Shown piece after piece: positions 1-13,056 of a DNA stretch of 64,000 bases (its first letter is position 1; each line of letters begins with the position of its first letter). This stretch comes from Octopus vulgaris (taxonomy: Eukaryota). A program made the position numbers and the translations under genes. The DNA lies in contig OX597816.1 of assembly GCA_951406725.2 (NCBI GenBank), forward strand, positions 119,164,001 through 119,228,000, given 5' to 3'. Below the pieces are notes generated by a model. It did not search any database and was not told the origin of the DNA. It was given only the letters and a program-made list of their open reading frames with translations.

Positions 1-168
1 TAGCAATATTTTTTTCTGACACTTTACGTTGTGACCTGAAATTCCATAGGGATCGACTCATCTATTTGAGGGTTGATAATATGAGCACCAGTCAACTACT
101 GGAGTAGATGTAAATGACTTGCTCTCTTCCCCCCAAAATTGCTGGGCCTTATACTAAAGTTAGAACGA
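1..168 (+). mobile_element. tRNA-derived SINE family A, degenerate and cut by the window edge
   Basis: Colinear with better copies (e.g. 58308-58512): ...gggttgataa..gagcaccagt...ggagtagatgtaaatgactt...ccccaaaattgctgggcctt. Confidence 0.7.
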
Positions 169-170
169 AT

Positions 171-173
171 ATG

Positions 174-205
<32 letters not shown>

Positions 206-235
206 AACATATATATGTAACTATATACACATACA

Positions 236-269
<34 letters not shown>

Positions 270-298
270 AAATTACATACATACATACACACACACAC

Positions 299-339
<41 letters not shown>

Positions 340-517
340 TGTGTTTTGATTCAAGATAGACGAACAACGATGTTCCATGTGGTAGGTTTAATAATTATTA
401 AGGAACTTCTCCCCACATGAAACCGACGGTAGCCTTACATATATATATACATACATACATACATACACACAGGCGTAGGAGTGGCTGTGTGGGAGTTGCT
501 AACAAACCACACACACA

Positions 518-566
<49 letters not shown>

Positions 567-671
567 TATTTTAACGTACCGATCTACTTGGTGAAATTAT
601 TAATTAATTGATGATTAATTAATTGAAAAATTTCACCCTTTTATTATGAATCTAAAATTACATACATACAT

Positions 672-766
<95 letters not shown>

Positions 767-790
767 CATACACACACATACACACACACA

Positions 791-848
<58 letters not shown>

Positions 849-1001
849 TCTCTATGTATATAAAAAAAGTAACGGTTGTTACCACCTCAACGTGGTTGTT
901 CCGTACAGAACAACGTACAGAACTCTTTTTAACCTCAGAAGGTCACCTCCTCCAGCATACATACATACATACATACATACATACATACATACATACACGC
1001 A

Positions 1002-1044
<43 letters not shown>

Positions 1045-1105
1045 ATGCACACACACATTGTTGTATTTCGGGAAATATACATATATATATATATATATAT
1101 ATGTA
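171..1105. repeat. Compound microsatellite field (TA)n/(TACA)n/(CA)n, with a SINE family B head fragment at 472-510
   Basis: Directly visible. ggcgtaggagtggctgtgtgg at 472 matches the head of the SINE at 32716. Confidence 0.9.
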
Positions 1106-1464
1106 TTAATATGTATTAGCACACACATACATATATTCACACACTCACGGATGCTTACATGCGTCACGCGAATACACACACATATATACGAAACCGTGCA
1201 GTGTGCTGTAAGGCTGTCTATATATTAAAAGACAGCAGACGACAACCCCATTCTCTGACGTTAATGTCTTCGGTAAACGTTGACCAGCGAATGAAACGAC
1301 ACCTACTCTGACGTTATTTCAATTTGCTACCTTTCAGCATAAAATTTCCTCTAATTATTTAGTTTGATCAGTACAACTTTCATTACTCACGCAAATTGAT
1401 GAATCAAGTGCCACCGAACAAACCTCTTCCTTTCTTTCTTTATTTTTTTCTTTCTTTATTTTTT

Positions 1465-1496
<32 letters not shown>

Positions 1497-1547
1497 TCGT
1501 TCTTTTATTCTTCACTTTTATCGTTTCTCTTATTTCTTTTAAAGCAG

Positions 1548-1619
<72 letters not shown>

Positions 1620-2206
1620 TGTTGTTGTTGTTGTTGTTGATGACGTTATTCTTGTTGTTGCAGCTTCTTTTTGTTTCGTTTTCATTTTCTTCTGACTAGG
1701 AGAAAAGCGAAGGCATATTTCAAGTATGTGTACTTTTTTGTGGGTGTTTGTATGTATGTATGAATGTATGTATGAATGTATGTATGTATGTGTGTATGTG
1801 TGTGTGTAGGAGTGTGTGTGTATAGGAGTGTGTGAGTATGTGCGTGTAGGAGTGTATGTATAGGAGTGTGTGAGTGTATGTGTGTGTACGAGTGTGTGTG
1901 TACATAGCGTGCCTTATTCGTCCTCTTGATTCATTTTCTCTGTCAATGCAATGAAATTTCTAACAATAAGAAGTCATTCTGTTATAGCAGCAAGGACAAC
2001 AGATGTGGTTAACTTTTAATAGAGACTTCCATGTAACTTTTATTGATTCAACCCGAGGGTATTGTGCAAAACAAGGAATTAGTTCTATGTAAATGCTGGG
2101 GATCTAGGCTTCGAACGAACTGTTTTCAGCTGAAACTATTAGAAGGACTTCAATAATGCAACGGTAGTGCCGTAAGTTGCAAATAAACAGTTTCTGATGA
2201 ATACCG

Positions 2207-2275
<69 letters not shown>

Positions 2276-5200
2276 TGTATGTGTGCGCATGTGTGTCTTT
2301 GTATGTGTGTTGTAGAGGAAGAGGGAGAAAGAGAAAGAAAGAGAGAACGTCCTGATCGTTTCAAACAGTAATTGAATATCGCAGTAGTGAAATGCAAACT
2401 AAATTTGCGAAGCAGCTGATATTGATGTGATAAGCAAACACAACAGGCCGATATACATCGGAAACTGGGGTTCTCTAATCATCTTAAATTAGGCGATTGT
2501 TCGCTGCAGGGGAAGGTTGTGTTGTGTGAGAGACGGTGGTGTTTAAAAGGAATTATAGTTACCAACATATCATGTAGAGCAGGTAGGCTCCTATTTAGAC
2601 GACGGTGGAAATTTGTCAAAATAGAATTATCTAAGACGTTTAAAGGGCACTCATTCACAATAGACTGTAATTTCCCTAAAGACCTACTCAGAAACAAGAG
2701 GGTAAAACAAAATAATAATAATAATAATAATAATAATAGATAGAAATAAATGAATAAAAATAAGAAGAACGCGTCGGGTGGTTAGGAATAAAGAGGAAGT
2801 ATGAAGTGAACGAGGCAAAGTGGAAAAAGAAAGCAATGTTGTTGAGATGGATGGGATGGAGGAAAGTGGGAGAGCGCAGAGGAGGATGGTTTGTTGACAA
2901 AACGCAAGAGAAGGAAATGGGAGGAAATCATTCCAATTTCAACATGGAATGATAGCAAACACTGGAAATGGCTTCATTCATATAATCATGTAATTCACAA
3001 ATGATATATCATTGCCGATTTGATGACAAGCTGTGAAACTGTTCTACACTAGTTCAAGCCTTTACAATGGCTAAATTGATAATAGATCTCGTGAAATGAA
3101 GGTAAAATAGCAATCAATATGGCTGGCACTACACTGAAGCTCCAAAGATTGCTTATGGAACTGAAATGTTCCATGCAACACGTATTATCTGCAATCAGTG
3201 ATCTTACTAATATGTCTTTCTGTAGAAACAGAAAAGGAAAATAAAGATAGCTTCTAACAATGCAGAAAGTTTTATAAAAACAAAAATTTATATTTCAGGT
3301 GCTAAATCCCATCCTCAGAAGGAAGAAGTCCAAGATTTCGTTATTTTATTTGAACTGCTCGGCGTTTGGGTTAGCAGTAGTAGCATCTCTCCAGCTGTGG
3401 GTCTTTCTTTCAACTGTATCTTCGGATAGATTCCTTTTTGAAGGCTTTCTAAAATAGGGAGAGTTTTCTGAAGGGAAATAATCATATTCTGTTAACCAGT
3501 GATATTTACAAGCTCACCTACCGTTAGAGAGTTTGAGGCAGCTAGAATGAATACAGTCCGATATCTATTCCTGACTGCGCACAAATTTCATTATTTTGAT
3601 AGGAAATGGCAACTAGGTACAAGGCTAAAGTATGTAGAAAGAGTACATAAACTATTGGATTGATATATTATATGACTGCTGCTACTTATTTTATCAAGAA
3701 AGCAAAATATAATCGATCACAGCAGGTGTTGAACTTAGAACTTAGAGGAATCGAAGAAGGTATTTGGTGGGGGTTGCGTTTTAACTATCTCCCCCATCAA
3801 AATATTGATTAACAAATATTATTGTGGTAAAATATTTCTTAAATTTGTCAATTAAGTGTTATCGTCATCGTTTACAGAGAATATTCATTATACATTTCGG
3901 TTTCTTCTGAATTACTTTAATGTCACATTAAGATACCCGAGAAACGAGTATTTAACGGATATAGAGTTCGTTAATCAAGTGTCGCGGTTAGTTACATTCG
4001 AACTGAAAAAATTTAATAAAAGAGATAATTAAGGCTCCAATTTGATTGGAATGAACAATTCAGTAGATAAAAGTATTGAAAATAACAAAAGTTAAAAAAC
4101 AAATTGGCGCAATGCCTACTGGGTAGTAAGTATGAAAATGGAGAGTGAAAAAACTATATTTATATATAATAACACAAGGAAATAATGAAGTGGAATAAAT
4201 AAATTACGCTGTCCTGTAGCTAGTCCCACCACTTTCCATTTTATGAAAAAGTCAGTGTGTAAAGCTTATTCGAAAACAAACTCGTAATTACTATTGCCGG
4301 AGTAAAAACATTAGTGAGATATTTAACAAATATTGCATCTATTCTCAAATATGTTTCCACAACATTGAGCTAATAACACCAGTTACAACAACCAACAGAA
4401 ATTTTATATAAAAATCTGACTTATTTCTACGAATATTTGAAATTAGTTGCCAAAGCTATGAATGAAATTTCTATCTAGCGTTGATAATCTCTTTGATGTT
4501 TCCGAGTCATAAAACTGCTCTCTAGCCAAGCGAGAACCTTGTTAAATGAATACAATGTCCAATGAATGTCCGTTCAATGTTTTTCTATGTAGAACTTCAT
4601 AATAATGGATACTCAGAAGCGTTTTAGCACCACATAAAAAGATAAAATCTTCTAGAAAATTGCTTTCTGCCTTAATTTTTCTTAACCAAACGTTTAAGCA
4701 GTTGTACGCATCAGAGAAGATTCTTGTTTCAAATAACGGCAACTAATATACTTATATGTACATTTCTATTGCAATTTTCTGCGAGAAAAAATAGAGGTTG
4801 GGGGTGATGGTTTTATTGGTTAAACCAATGGATGAGAGATAAGGGATAAATTTTATCTGAAACCCTGTTTGATTTTGAAGCGATTTCAAAAGATTCCGAT
4901 GTGGTGAATGACCAAAAACGATTGCTCAATGAAAATTATTTTGTTCTCGGCCCAAACTGCGACTAGTACAAAGAGAAGAAAAAAATAACAGAATAATGTT
5001 AAATGTCCCCCCAGTGAAAGACGAAGAGGTTACAGTTTATTTATCATTGACAACTTTCTTCAATGTTGATTCCTTCAGTTTACTCGCGTGTTTGGATCAT
5101 TGAACATGAATGAAGGTTCCGTTAGGTTTATAATTATCTTTGCCCATGCAGAACAGCGATTTGTGGAAGGAGAATACTACTTTTCCGTCAATAAAGTACC

Positions 5201-5900
5201 AAAAGATTTACTTGTGAAGCAAATAGGATAAAGTAAAAAGAAAGAAGAAGAAAGCTAAAGATAAAAGGAATAGGGAGATAGAACGGAGAGGAGATGAGAA
5301 AAAGATGGAAAAGAGCAAGAATATGATAGAAATAATAAATAATGAAAGACAGAAAGAAAGAAATATACAGAGAAAAATAGAGAGGTGGGAGGTCGAATAA
5401 CTGTGGAGGATGGAAGAGAACATCTCAGTGTGACAACGCATAGAAAATGGCGATGGTGGAGTAAAATAAAGAGTATGAGAGAGAGAGAGAGGGCGAAAAA
5501 GAAACCAAAATAATGAAACAGAAAGAGTAAGATAAAGATTAAGAGAAAGAGAAAGAATGATACGATAGAAAGATCTGAATTGAAAAGATGGGAAATGTTT
5601 GGAAAGGAGAGATGCGGGAGCGAATACATTCAAAGAATATTGCTAAATCTTCTCTGACAACAAATAGTTTTAATATACAGACATTAGGCAAAACTTTTAT
5701 CGACATCAACGAGCCAATTTACTTTTATTGCTGACTGCATTAAACATTAAAAAGAATCAACACATATATACACACATACAAGTAAATACTACATACGGGA
5801 CACGCTCATACATACTCATAAAAATATAAGCAAAGAAGCACATATTGTTTTCTCTGTGTGTGTGTGTATATATATCTGTATATGTATATATATATAAGTG

Positions 5901-5951
<51 letters not shown>

Positions 5952-6029
5952 TACAACACACACAAATATATGTTACTGTGTGCCATCCCTCTTTTTCCAA
6001 TTCTCAAATATACATACACACATATATGC

Positions 6030-6068
<39 letters not shown>

Positions 6069-6183
6069 TGCAGTAAAGTACAAAGATATATGTGTGATTA
6101 TACATACATGCACACATAAACTTATACACATATCAGTATATATGTACGAACATATGTATGCATATGTGTATGTATGTATGTAT

Positions 6184-6218
<35 letters not shown>

Positions 6219-6266
6219 ATGCATATATACACTCATACAAATACACACACAGGCATACACGCACGC

Positions 6267-6331
<65 letters not shown>

Positions 6332-6738
6332 AACATAAATACACAGAGATACTTTTAAGTACATTCGTACAAAATTCAATTTTAATAAAACTTCTGATCG
6401 TCACTTTTTACTTATATCTGCTCTCCAGTGGGGAATTAAAGCACTTGGCCGCCATTGCTAACAGTCGAAAATCATTTTTCGTTTGAAGAAACATGGCGCC
6501 TAATCATATAACGCTCAAAGACACTGTTTTTAATGACCAATAGAATACTTGTGGCGAGTTTATGTACCATAAATACTTTAAGTGACGGCAAGAGATTTCT
6601 TCTGCTTTATACGAGAAGAAAAACACGCAGCAATCTACAATTGAAATTGAGAGCTGGCGACATTGTTTGGCGATTGGGAATACATCATGATTGTTATTAT
6701 TGAACAGATATACATACATACATACATACATACATACA

Positions 6739-6774
<36 letters not shown>

Positions 6775-6842
6775 TACGTATATACATACGCGCATAAACT
6801 AACATACACATATATACATACATGTATGTATGTATATCTATG

Positions 6843-6895
<53 letters not shown>

Positions 6896-8454
6896 GTATG
6901 TATGTATGTATATAAGTATATATAGTGTGCTTGTACGTATGTGTATGTGTATTGGCATTTTTATGTGAACATATATATTTATAAGTATAATTCAGTATAT
7001 AACCATTTGTATACATGTATGTATATGTGTGATTGTACAGATTTATTTGTGTGTGAGTGTGTCTACATAAGTGTAAACATGCAGTTTGTGAATTTGTATA
7101 CATATGTGTGAGTCGTGTGTGTGTGTGTTTGTGTGTGTGTGTAATCGCGTGTAAGACGGGTGTATTGTTACAAATCTGTAATAACAAGTTTGTGACATGC
7201 ATCATCAACGGCATGGTGTGTGAGCGGTTAAACCCGGATTGAATAAGAAACACATGATGAGTTCAAAGGGGTAAATTGAATAGGATTCAAAGGACGCCAG
7301 TAGCTCCGCCTAAACTGCATGATACCCTGCTTAGGGATATCGACTGTATAAATCATATCATGTCGCCTGTAATAACTATGTTTAGACATTAACATTGATT
7401 TCAAACAGGAGCTCAATGGTAACATAATTAGAAGAGTTTTTTTTAATGGTATATGGACGCAATACGCCATGGGTACATATTTTGTCGGCCCCCGGAAGCA
7501 TCTTAAAAGAATGTAGCCAACAGTATACTACAAATGGTTTAATTGTCCGGCGTTCTACCGATTCTGCCAATTTACCAGCTTATGTTTGACGGCGATTTAA
7601 CAGAGTTGTTACAGTGTAGAATAGAATCCTTGGCAGTATTTCCGACTTCCTTTATTCTAAATCCAAATCTCGCCGATGTCATCTTTGTTTTTGATCTATT
7701 AGGGCGGAGGGGGAAGTCATAAAGCAAAATATCAGTCAGTTCTGTTCTCTCTCCTCCTCTCTCTGTCTCTCTTTCTCTCCTCCTTCTCCTCCTCCCTGCC
7801 TCCCTCTCCCCCTCTCGCTTACGTTTCTCTACCCTCTCTCCTGCTCTCTCTCAACCTCTCTCCACATCTCCTCTTCCTCCATCTCCATCTCCACACTCTC
7901 TCCCCCAGCACTGCTCCTGTCTGTCTTCCCTGTTTCTCTCTTTCTCTTTCCCTGTCTCTCTCCCTCTGTCTCTCTCTCTCCTGTGTCTCTCCCCTCCTCC
8001 ATTATTTCTCTCCGATTTTTTTCCACGAGAAGGAGCGTAGAGGATCACTCAGAACGTTCCTTTCTCCAAAAAGTGGGGCAGATTTGCGTAAAGGAGCACA
8101 GCATCTTCTTCTCGTATAGATACTAGGACGATACTGACCGACTTGATGTGCAGTGAATCACAGAAAGGAAAGAAAGGCCTACTTCTGTTTTCCTTTTTCA
8201 TTTTTCGTTACCATAGGAAGAAACGGTAGTGGTCAGGATCCTTTAAAGGGCTCCCGAGACTGGTGGGAAAGCGTGAGGGATGCATCCTCAAAACGCTTGC
8301 AACAAAGTAGGTTCTACTAAAGCACATAAGCACAAAGAGGTGTTAAACCAGGCGATTGATAAAATCAACCACATAAATTGAGCACAGCGAGATTTGGAGT
8401 CTAAACGTAAATTATAAGAACAAATACGGCAAGACTTTTTAACGATTCCACCAG

Positions 8455-9642
8455 ACAATTTCCCCAACCTGGAAGTTTGTTTATCGATCCCGAAAGAAGG
8501 CAAGTCAAAGTTTATATCAACGAGATTTGAACCCAGAACGCAAAAGTCCAGAATAAATACAAAGCATATAATATGTTTCTCTAACAACTCAGCCAAATCG
8601 CCGTCTGTAGCCATTATGATTCATTTCAAAATTTGGCACAAGGCCAGCAATTTCGGGTAGTGGTCGTGGGGTGGGGGTAAGATGATTAAATCGACTCCAG
8701 TGCGAAACTGGTATTTATTTTATCGACCCCGAAAGAGTGAAAGGCAAAGTTGACCTAGGTGGAATTTGAACTCAGAACATAAAGACGGACAAAATACTGC
8801 TAACGATCAGTCAGCTCGCCACCTTATGTAGCCATTATAATCGGTTTCAAATCTTGGCACGAGGTCAGCAGTTTTGGGAGAGGGGTAAGTCGATTACATC
8901 GATCTCATTGTTTAACTGATGCTTATTTTATCGACTCAGGAAGGATAAAAGACAATGTCAACCTCGGTAGTATTTGAACTCAGAATGTAAAGGGGGAAGA
9001 AGTGCCACTAAGCATTTTATTCGGCATGCTAATGATTCAGCCACCTTTTCTACTCTAGCACAAGGTCCGAAAGTTTGGGGAAGGTGGCCAATCGATTAGA
9101 TCGACCCCAGTACGCAACTGGTACTTAATTGATCGACCTCGAAAGGATGAAAGACAAAGACGACCTCGGTGGAATTTGAACTCAGAACGTAACGGTTGAC
9201 GAAATACCTATTTCTTTACTACCCACAAGGGGCTAAACACAGAGAGGGCAAACAAGGACAGACAAACTGATTAAGTCGATTATATCGACCTCAGTGCGTA
9301 ACTGGTACTTATTTAATCGACCCTGAAAGGATGAAAGGCAAAGTCGACCTCGTCGGAATTTGAACTCAGAACGTCGCAGCCGACGAAATACCGCTAAGCA
9401 TTTTGCCCGGCGTGCTAACGTTTCTTATTTCTTTATTGCCCATAAGGGGCTAAACATAGAGGGGACAAACAAGGACAGAAAAAGGGATTAAGATCGACCC
9501 CAGTGCGTGACTGGTACTTAGTTTATAAACCCCGAAAGGACGAAAGGCAAAGTCGACCGCGGCGGAACTTGAACTCAGAACGTAGCGGCAGACGAAATAC
9601 CGCTCGCCCGACGTGCTAACGATTCTGCCAGCTCGCTGCCTT
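8455..9642 (-). mobile_element. Head-to-tail array of about six SINE family A monomers
   Basis: Repeated tcgaccccgaaaggatgaaaggcaaagtcgacctcggcggaatttgaactcagaacgt blocks. The 15-bp flank tgtagccattat(g/a)at recurs at 8606 and 8827 and, degenerate, at 9644. Confidence 0.9.
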
Positions 9643-9792
9643 ATTTAGTCATTAGAATTAGAAATACTTATCTCGATGTCTTTAACCTGGCAGAACTGAT
9701 ATTTGAATAGTCTAGGTTCAAGTGATGTCTAAGAATCTCTTCCATCTTATATATTTGTTCATTTATTTGTAATGTGTTTTGAGGCTGTAATG

Positions 9793-9906
9793 CAGGCATG
9801 GGCAACATTTATCGAGGAGCGAGCCGCATCACTAAAAGACTCATGATAGTTTTTCGGTGGGCGTGCCATTCAGAAAATCACGCAACTCGCAGTTTACCCA
9901 TGACTG
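9793..9906. mobile_element. hAT-type MITE (114 bp)
   Basis: TIRs CAGGCATGGGCAA / TTACCCATGACTG. Flanks ctgtaatg (9785-9792) and ctataagg (9907-9914) match at 6/8, consistent with a decayed 8-bp hAT TSD. Confidence 0.65.
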
Positions 9907-10133
9907 CTATAAGGAACTCCTTTACCATACAGCTACTGGTTTCTGGGAAAGCGTACACTTAGATTATTAGTTGGGAGCCATTTCGTTTCGTTATATTGAC
10001 GTTATACGGTCAGTATCGTACTAGTATCTCTACGAGAAGAGGATGCTGGGCCCCTTTATGCAAATCTGCCCCACTTTTTGGAGAAAGGATTCGGACGAAC
10101 AAATTGGCACCAGTGCAATTTTTTTTTAAAGCC

Positions 10134-10223
10134 TGGTACTTATTCTGTTAACATCTTTTTGCCAAACCTACCAAACCGCTAATGTTTAGGGGATGTAAAC
10201 AAACTAACCACAGTGGTGAGGGA

Positions 10224-10260
<37 letters not shown>
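10134..10260 (-). mobile_element. SINE family B, 3' half, ending in its internal (CA)n tract
   Basis: tggtacttattct...tttttgccaaac..cgctaa..ggggatgtaaac matches 26474-26575 and 33268-33365. Confidence 0.7.
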
Positions 10261-10262
<2 letters not shown>

Positions 10263-10373
10263 TATTCTTTAACAAGATTAGTATTGACAGTGATTTCGTA
10301 GTCTAAGCCAATGATGGTTTTTCTGGCCGAAACTTCGAAGTTACTGCCAATGCTGTTTTTGTTAAAGAATAAT
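10261..10373. repeat. 113-bp palindrome (50-bp arms, 13-nt loop)
   Basis: 10261-10310 versus the reverse complement of 10324-10373: 39/50 identical. Five of the 11 mismatches become G-U pairs in a + strand transcript. Confidence 0.85.
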
Positions 10374-10737
10374 AATTTTCTGCTCTACAAAAGTATGGAG
10401 TAACCTTTCGGATTAATGTAAAAATTGTTGTTATTGTAACTGAACACACCAGGCAAAACGCTTGGCAGCATTTCGTTCATCTTTACATTTTGAGTTCAAA
10501 TTCGCTGAGGTCGACTTTGCATTTCCCTCTAGTTAACTCTCTCATATCGTCTTTGATGAAGGACTATCCCTAATATTCCAGAAACAGCTTTAAGACTACC
10601 TTTCTCTTTATAAATGCCCTTTATAAATTCCACATAGCCTTGGCTTTGTTGTCTCATTTTATTTAACACACACACACACATACACACATATATATATATA
10701 TATGTATTTATGTATTTATGTATGTATGTATGTATAT

Positions 10738-10865
10738 ATGACGAGCCTCTTTGCTTCTTCCATTTTGTGTCTATTATATCCATTTACAAGATATTGGTCG
10801 CCCCACAGCTGTAGTAGAAGACAATAATTGATCAAGGTGCCACGCAATGGGATTGAACTCGAAAC
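10738..10865 (-). mobile_element. SINE family B, 5' half, degenerate
   Basis: gtagtagaagac...caaggtgccacgcaatgggattgaactcgaaacc matches the family B head. Confidence 0.7.
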
Positions 10866-11683
10866 CGGCACCTAAAAAGTAGGTGGAAAGTTTGTTTGTG
10901 TGTTTGTTTGTTTGTTTTTGTAAGATGGCTAGATGTGAATTTAGGTAAATGTGGTTGCTACATCAGGTGATTCGATGCTTCTTCTGGTTGTTGTCGCAAA
11001 GAATATCTTTAAGCAGAATGAAGTGCAGAGTCGGAGACCAAAATGGCAACTAGTTATCCCGGTCTTTAGTACTACACTGTGATTACGGGAAAGACACTTA
11101 ACTATCACTGCTTTGGTAAAAAATAAAGCGTAAAGCGAGGAAATTCCATCCTAGGACACAAAAGAATTGAAGTTTCACCAACCTCTTCTGAGGGAACCTG
11201 TCTATGGTCATTTACCTTGCTAGAAATAATAGTCAACTTTCGTCTCAAATTACACTCAGCTGTCTTAACGGGAGATACGTTGTGTAATGTGGATATGTTA
11301 AATAATGTTGAGTTACATGACTCTAGCAAAGATAAACAGGATGGTCAGTTCAGTGTACTTTTTCACCACAACTTTCTCTCACTCTTTCTTCCTACTTCTG
11401 CCACAAAGCAGAGGAATCATGGTTTAACCTACTATGGTGTGGTAAACTTTCAGACCCTAGTCTAGATTACGAATTCTCTGTACACCAGGATGGTTCAGCT
11501 CTCCACCCGTTAAAAGCCACCGTTTACGGAATGAGGATAACAACGTAGCTTTCGCACTCGTGCAACCACCAGTTTATCGCGTGTGGTGGGTAGATCTTCA
11601 AGTTGCCACACGCATTCTTAGTAGCTTAGATTAGACTCGAATTAGAGATTATTCTTTGTGGCTAATGGCGTGAAACCTGATTG

Positions 11684-11817
11684 GAAGAAGAAGAAGAAGA
11701 AGAAGAAGAAGAAGAAGAAGAAGAAGAAGAAGAAGAAGAAGAAGAAGAAGAAGAAGAAGAAGAAGAAGAAGAAGAAGAAGAAGAAGAAGAAGAAGAAGAA
11801 GAAGAAGAAGAAGAAGA
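11684..11817 (+). repeat. (GAA)n microsatellite, about 44 units
   Basis: Directly visible pure tract. Confidence 0.95.
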
Positions 11818-12322
11818 CAGCAGCGACAGCAACGACAACCACAACCGCATTACTTGCGCGCAATTGAGAGAATCTCAAATCATATTCTACCGTTTTAAAA
11901 AAGAAAACATTGAATAATGTAGTCCTTGATGGACTATGCCTCATCAAAAGACAAGATATAGACAGCTGGAATGTCTTTGGTCATAGGTTTACTCATCTAT
12001 TGAACAACCACCATTACCACAACAACAACGACGAGAACGAAAAACAACGATAACAATTGTACTACAAGCAATACGACTGTTATTGTTAGTAATCAGTAAT
12101 CTAAATGGCAATCAGTCTCACAGAAATACCTCTTTGTTCTCCATAACAACACCCAGGATGTTTCCAATTAAAATATTTTAATTCTTTAGACTAGCTGTCC
12201 CCACCTCTTTTGCATCAATTTTTCAAGGGACGGGAGATCACGTGCATAACAAAATACTATAAAATGCATAATATACAATTCATTCATTACATATATAATG
12301 ATTTCATATATTGGCAGCAATT

Positions 12323-13056
12323 TCCGTGGTCGAGACAATGGAATTTACCATGCTACGCCAGACTTCACGGTCCATCATGGCATTACGGAGGTCCTGTTGC
12401 TGGATGCCCGTATCCCTGGAGATTACATCAGGGTAGGAGAGTGTGCGCCCTCTGGTATTGCGAGTAGATGGCTTCCAGAGAAGAAGAGTAGAAATTACTT
12501 CTTTTTCAGCTCTGCAACAATGTCCAGCAAACTGAATTCTCGTACCTTTCACAAGAGATGACACAGGTGGTAGTTTCCCATATATTTGCATTTTGGTTGG
12601 ATGGTGCTTCCACGAGAGATTTTGAGTTCTCATAAGGAGGCGAGTGTAGGTTTCATCCAACCGCCTCTCAAGCTTCTTTGATAGCGTCCAGGTTTCTGAG
12701 CCATATAGTAGAATTGGTTCGACTGTGGCTTTGAAGATTTCAAGTTTGAAGTCTCTACTTAGATTTGATGACCAGATCTTATGCATGTCATTACAGGCTG
12801 ACCAGGCCATACCCTTTCTAGTTAGAAAGTCTTTTCCAGATGATGATATGTATAACCCAAGATATTTATAATCAGAAACCATATTTAAGGGCGCATTGTT
12901 GAGAGTATGGATGATGCAATCACTGTTGGACAGGCACTTGTTTATGTATTCAGTTTTGGCCTCATTGAGGTAAAGACCTACACAATTTGAGGCTTGTTCA
13001 AGAGATTGTAAAAGAGACTGGGCATTGGAGAGAGAATCACTGATAAGAGCGATGGT
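12323..13056 (-). mobile_element. RTE-like non-LTR retrotransposon fragment (RT domains 5-7 and C-terminal region) with an uninterrupted frame
   Basis: ORF 12304..13110: IALISDSLSNAQSLL...GLYLNEAKT...YKYLG...EPILLYGSETWTL...FAGHC...DREVWRSMV. These are typical RTE-group motifs. Homology starts just after the (Y)ADD position. Confidence 0.9.

Larger units (their letters stand above)
8058..10089. mobile_element. Unclassified element bounded by 83-bp inverted repeats (putative non-autonomous DNA transposon) with nested SINEs and a hAT MITE
   Basis: 8058-8140 is the reverse complement of 10007-10089 with 6 mismatches in 83 bp. No TSD or transposase is visible. Confidence 0.6.

Noticed and set aside
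114-1228. Many ORFs rich in YI/HT/CV/MY repeats (here and throughout the window)
   Set aside because: They are translations of (TA)n, (CA)n and (TACA)n microsatellites with no coding signal.
4530-4950. Weak inverted similarity (4613-4668 versus 4877-4930); similar case at 31480-31655
   Set aside because: Too degenerate to define termini; probably ancient MITEs.
8455-9642. Regularly recurring repeats that might suggest a CRISPR-like array
   Set aside because: The units are ~200-bp SINE monomers found dispersed throughout the window. There are no unique spacers or cas genes, and the context is eukaryotic.
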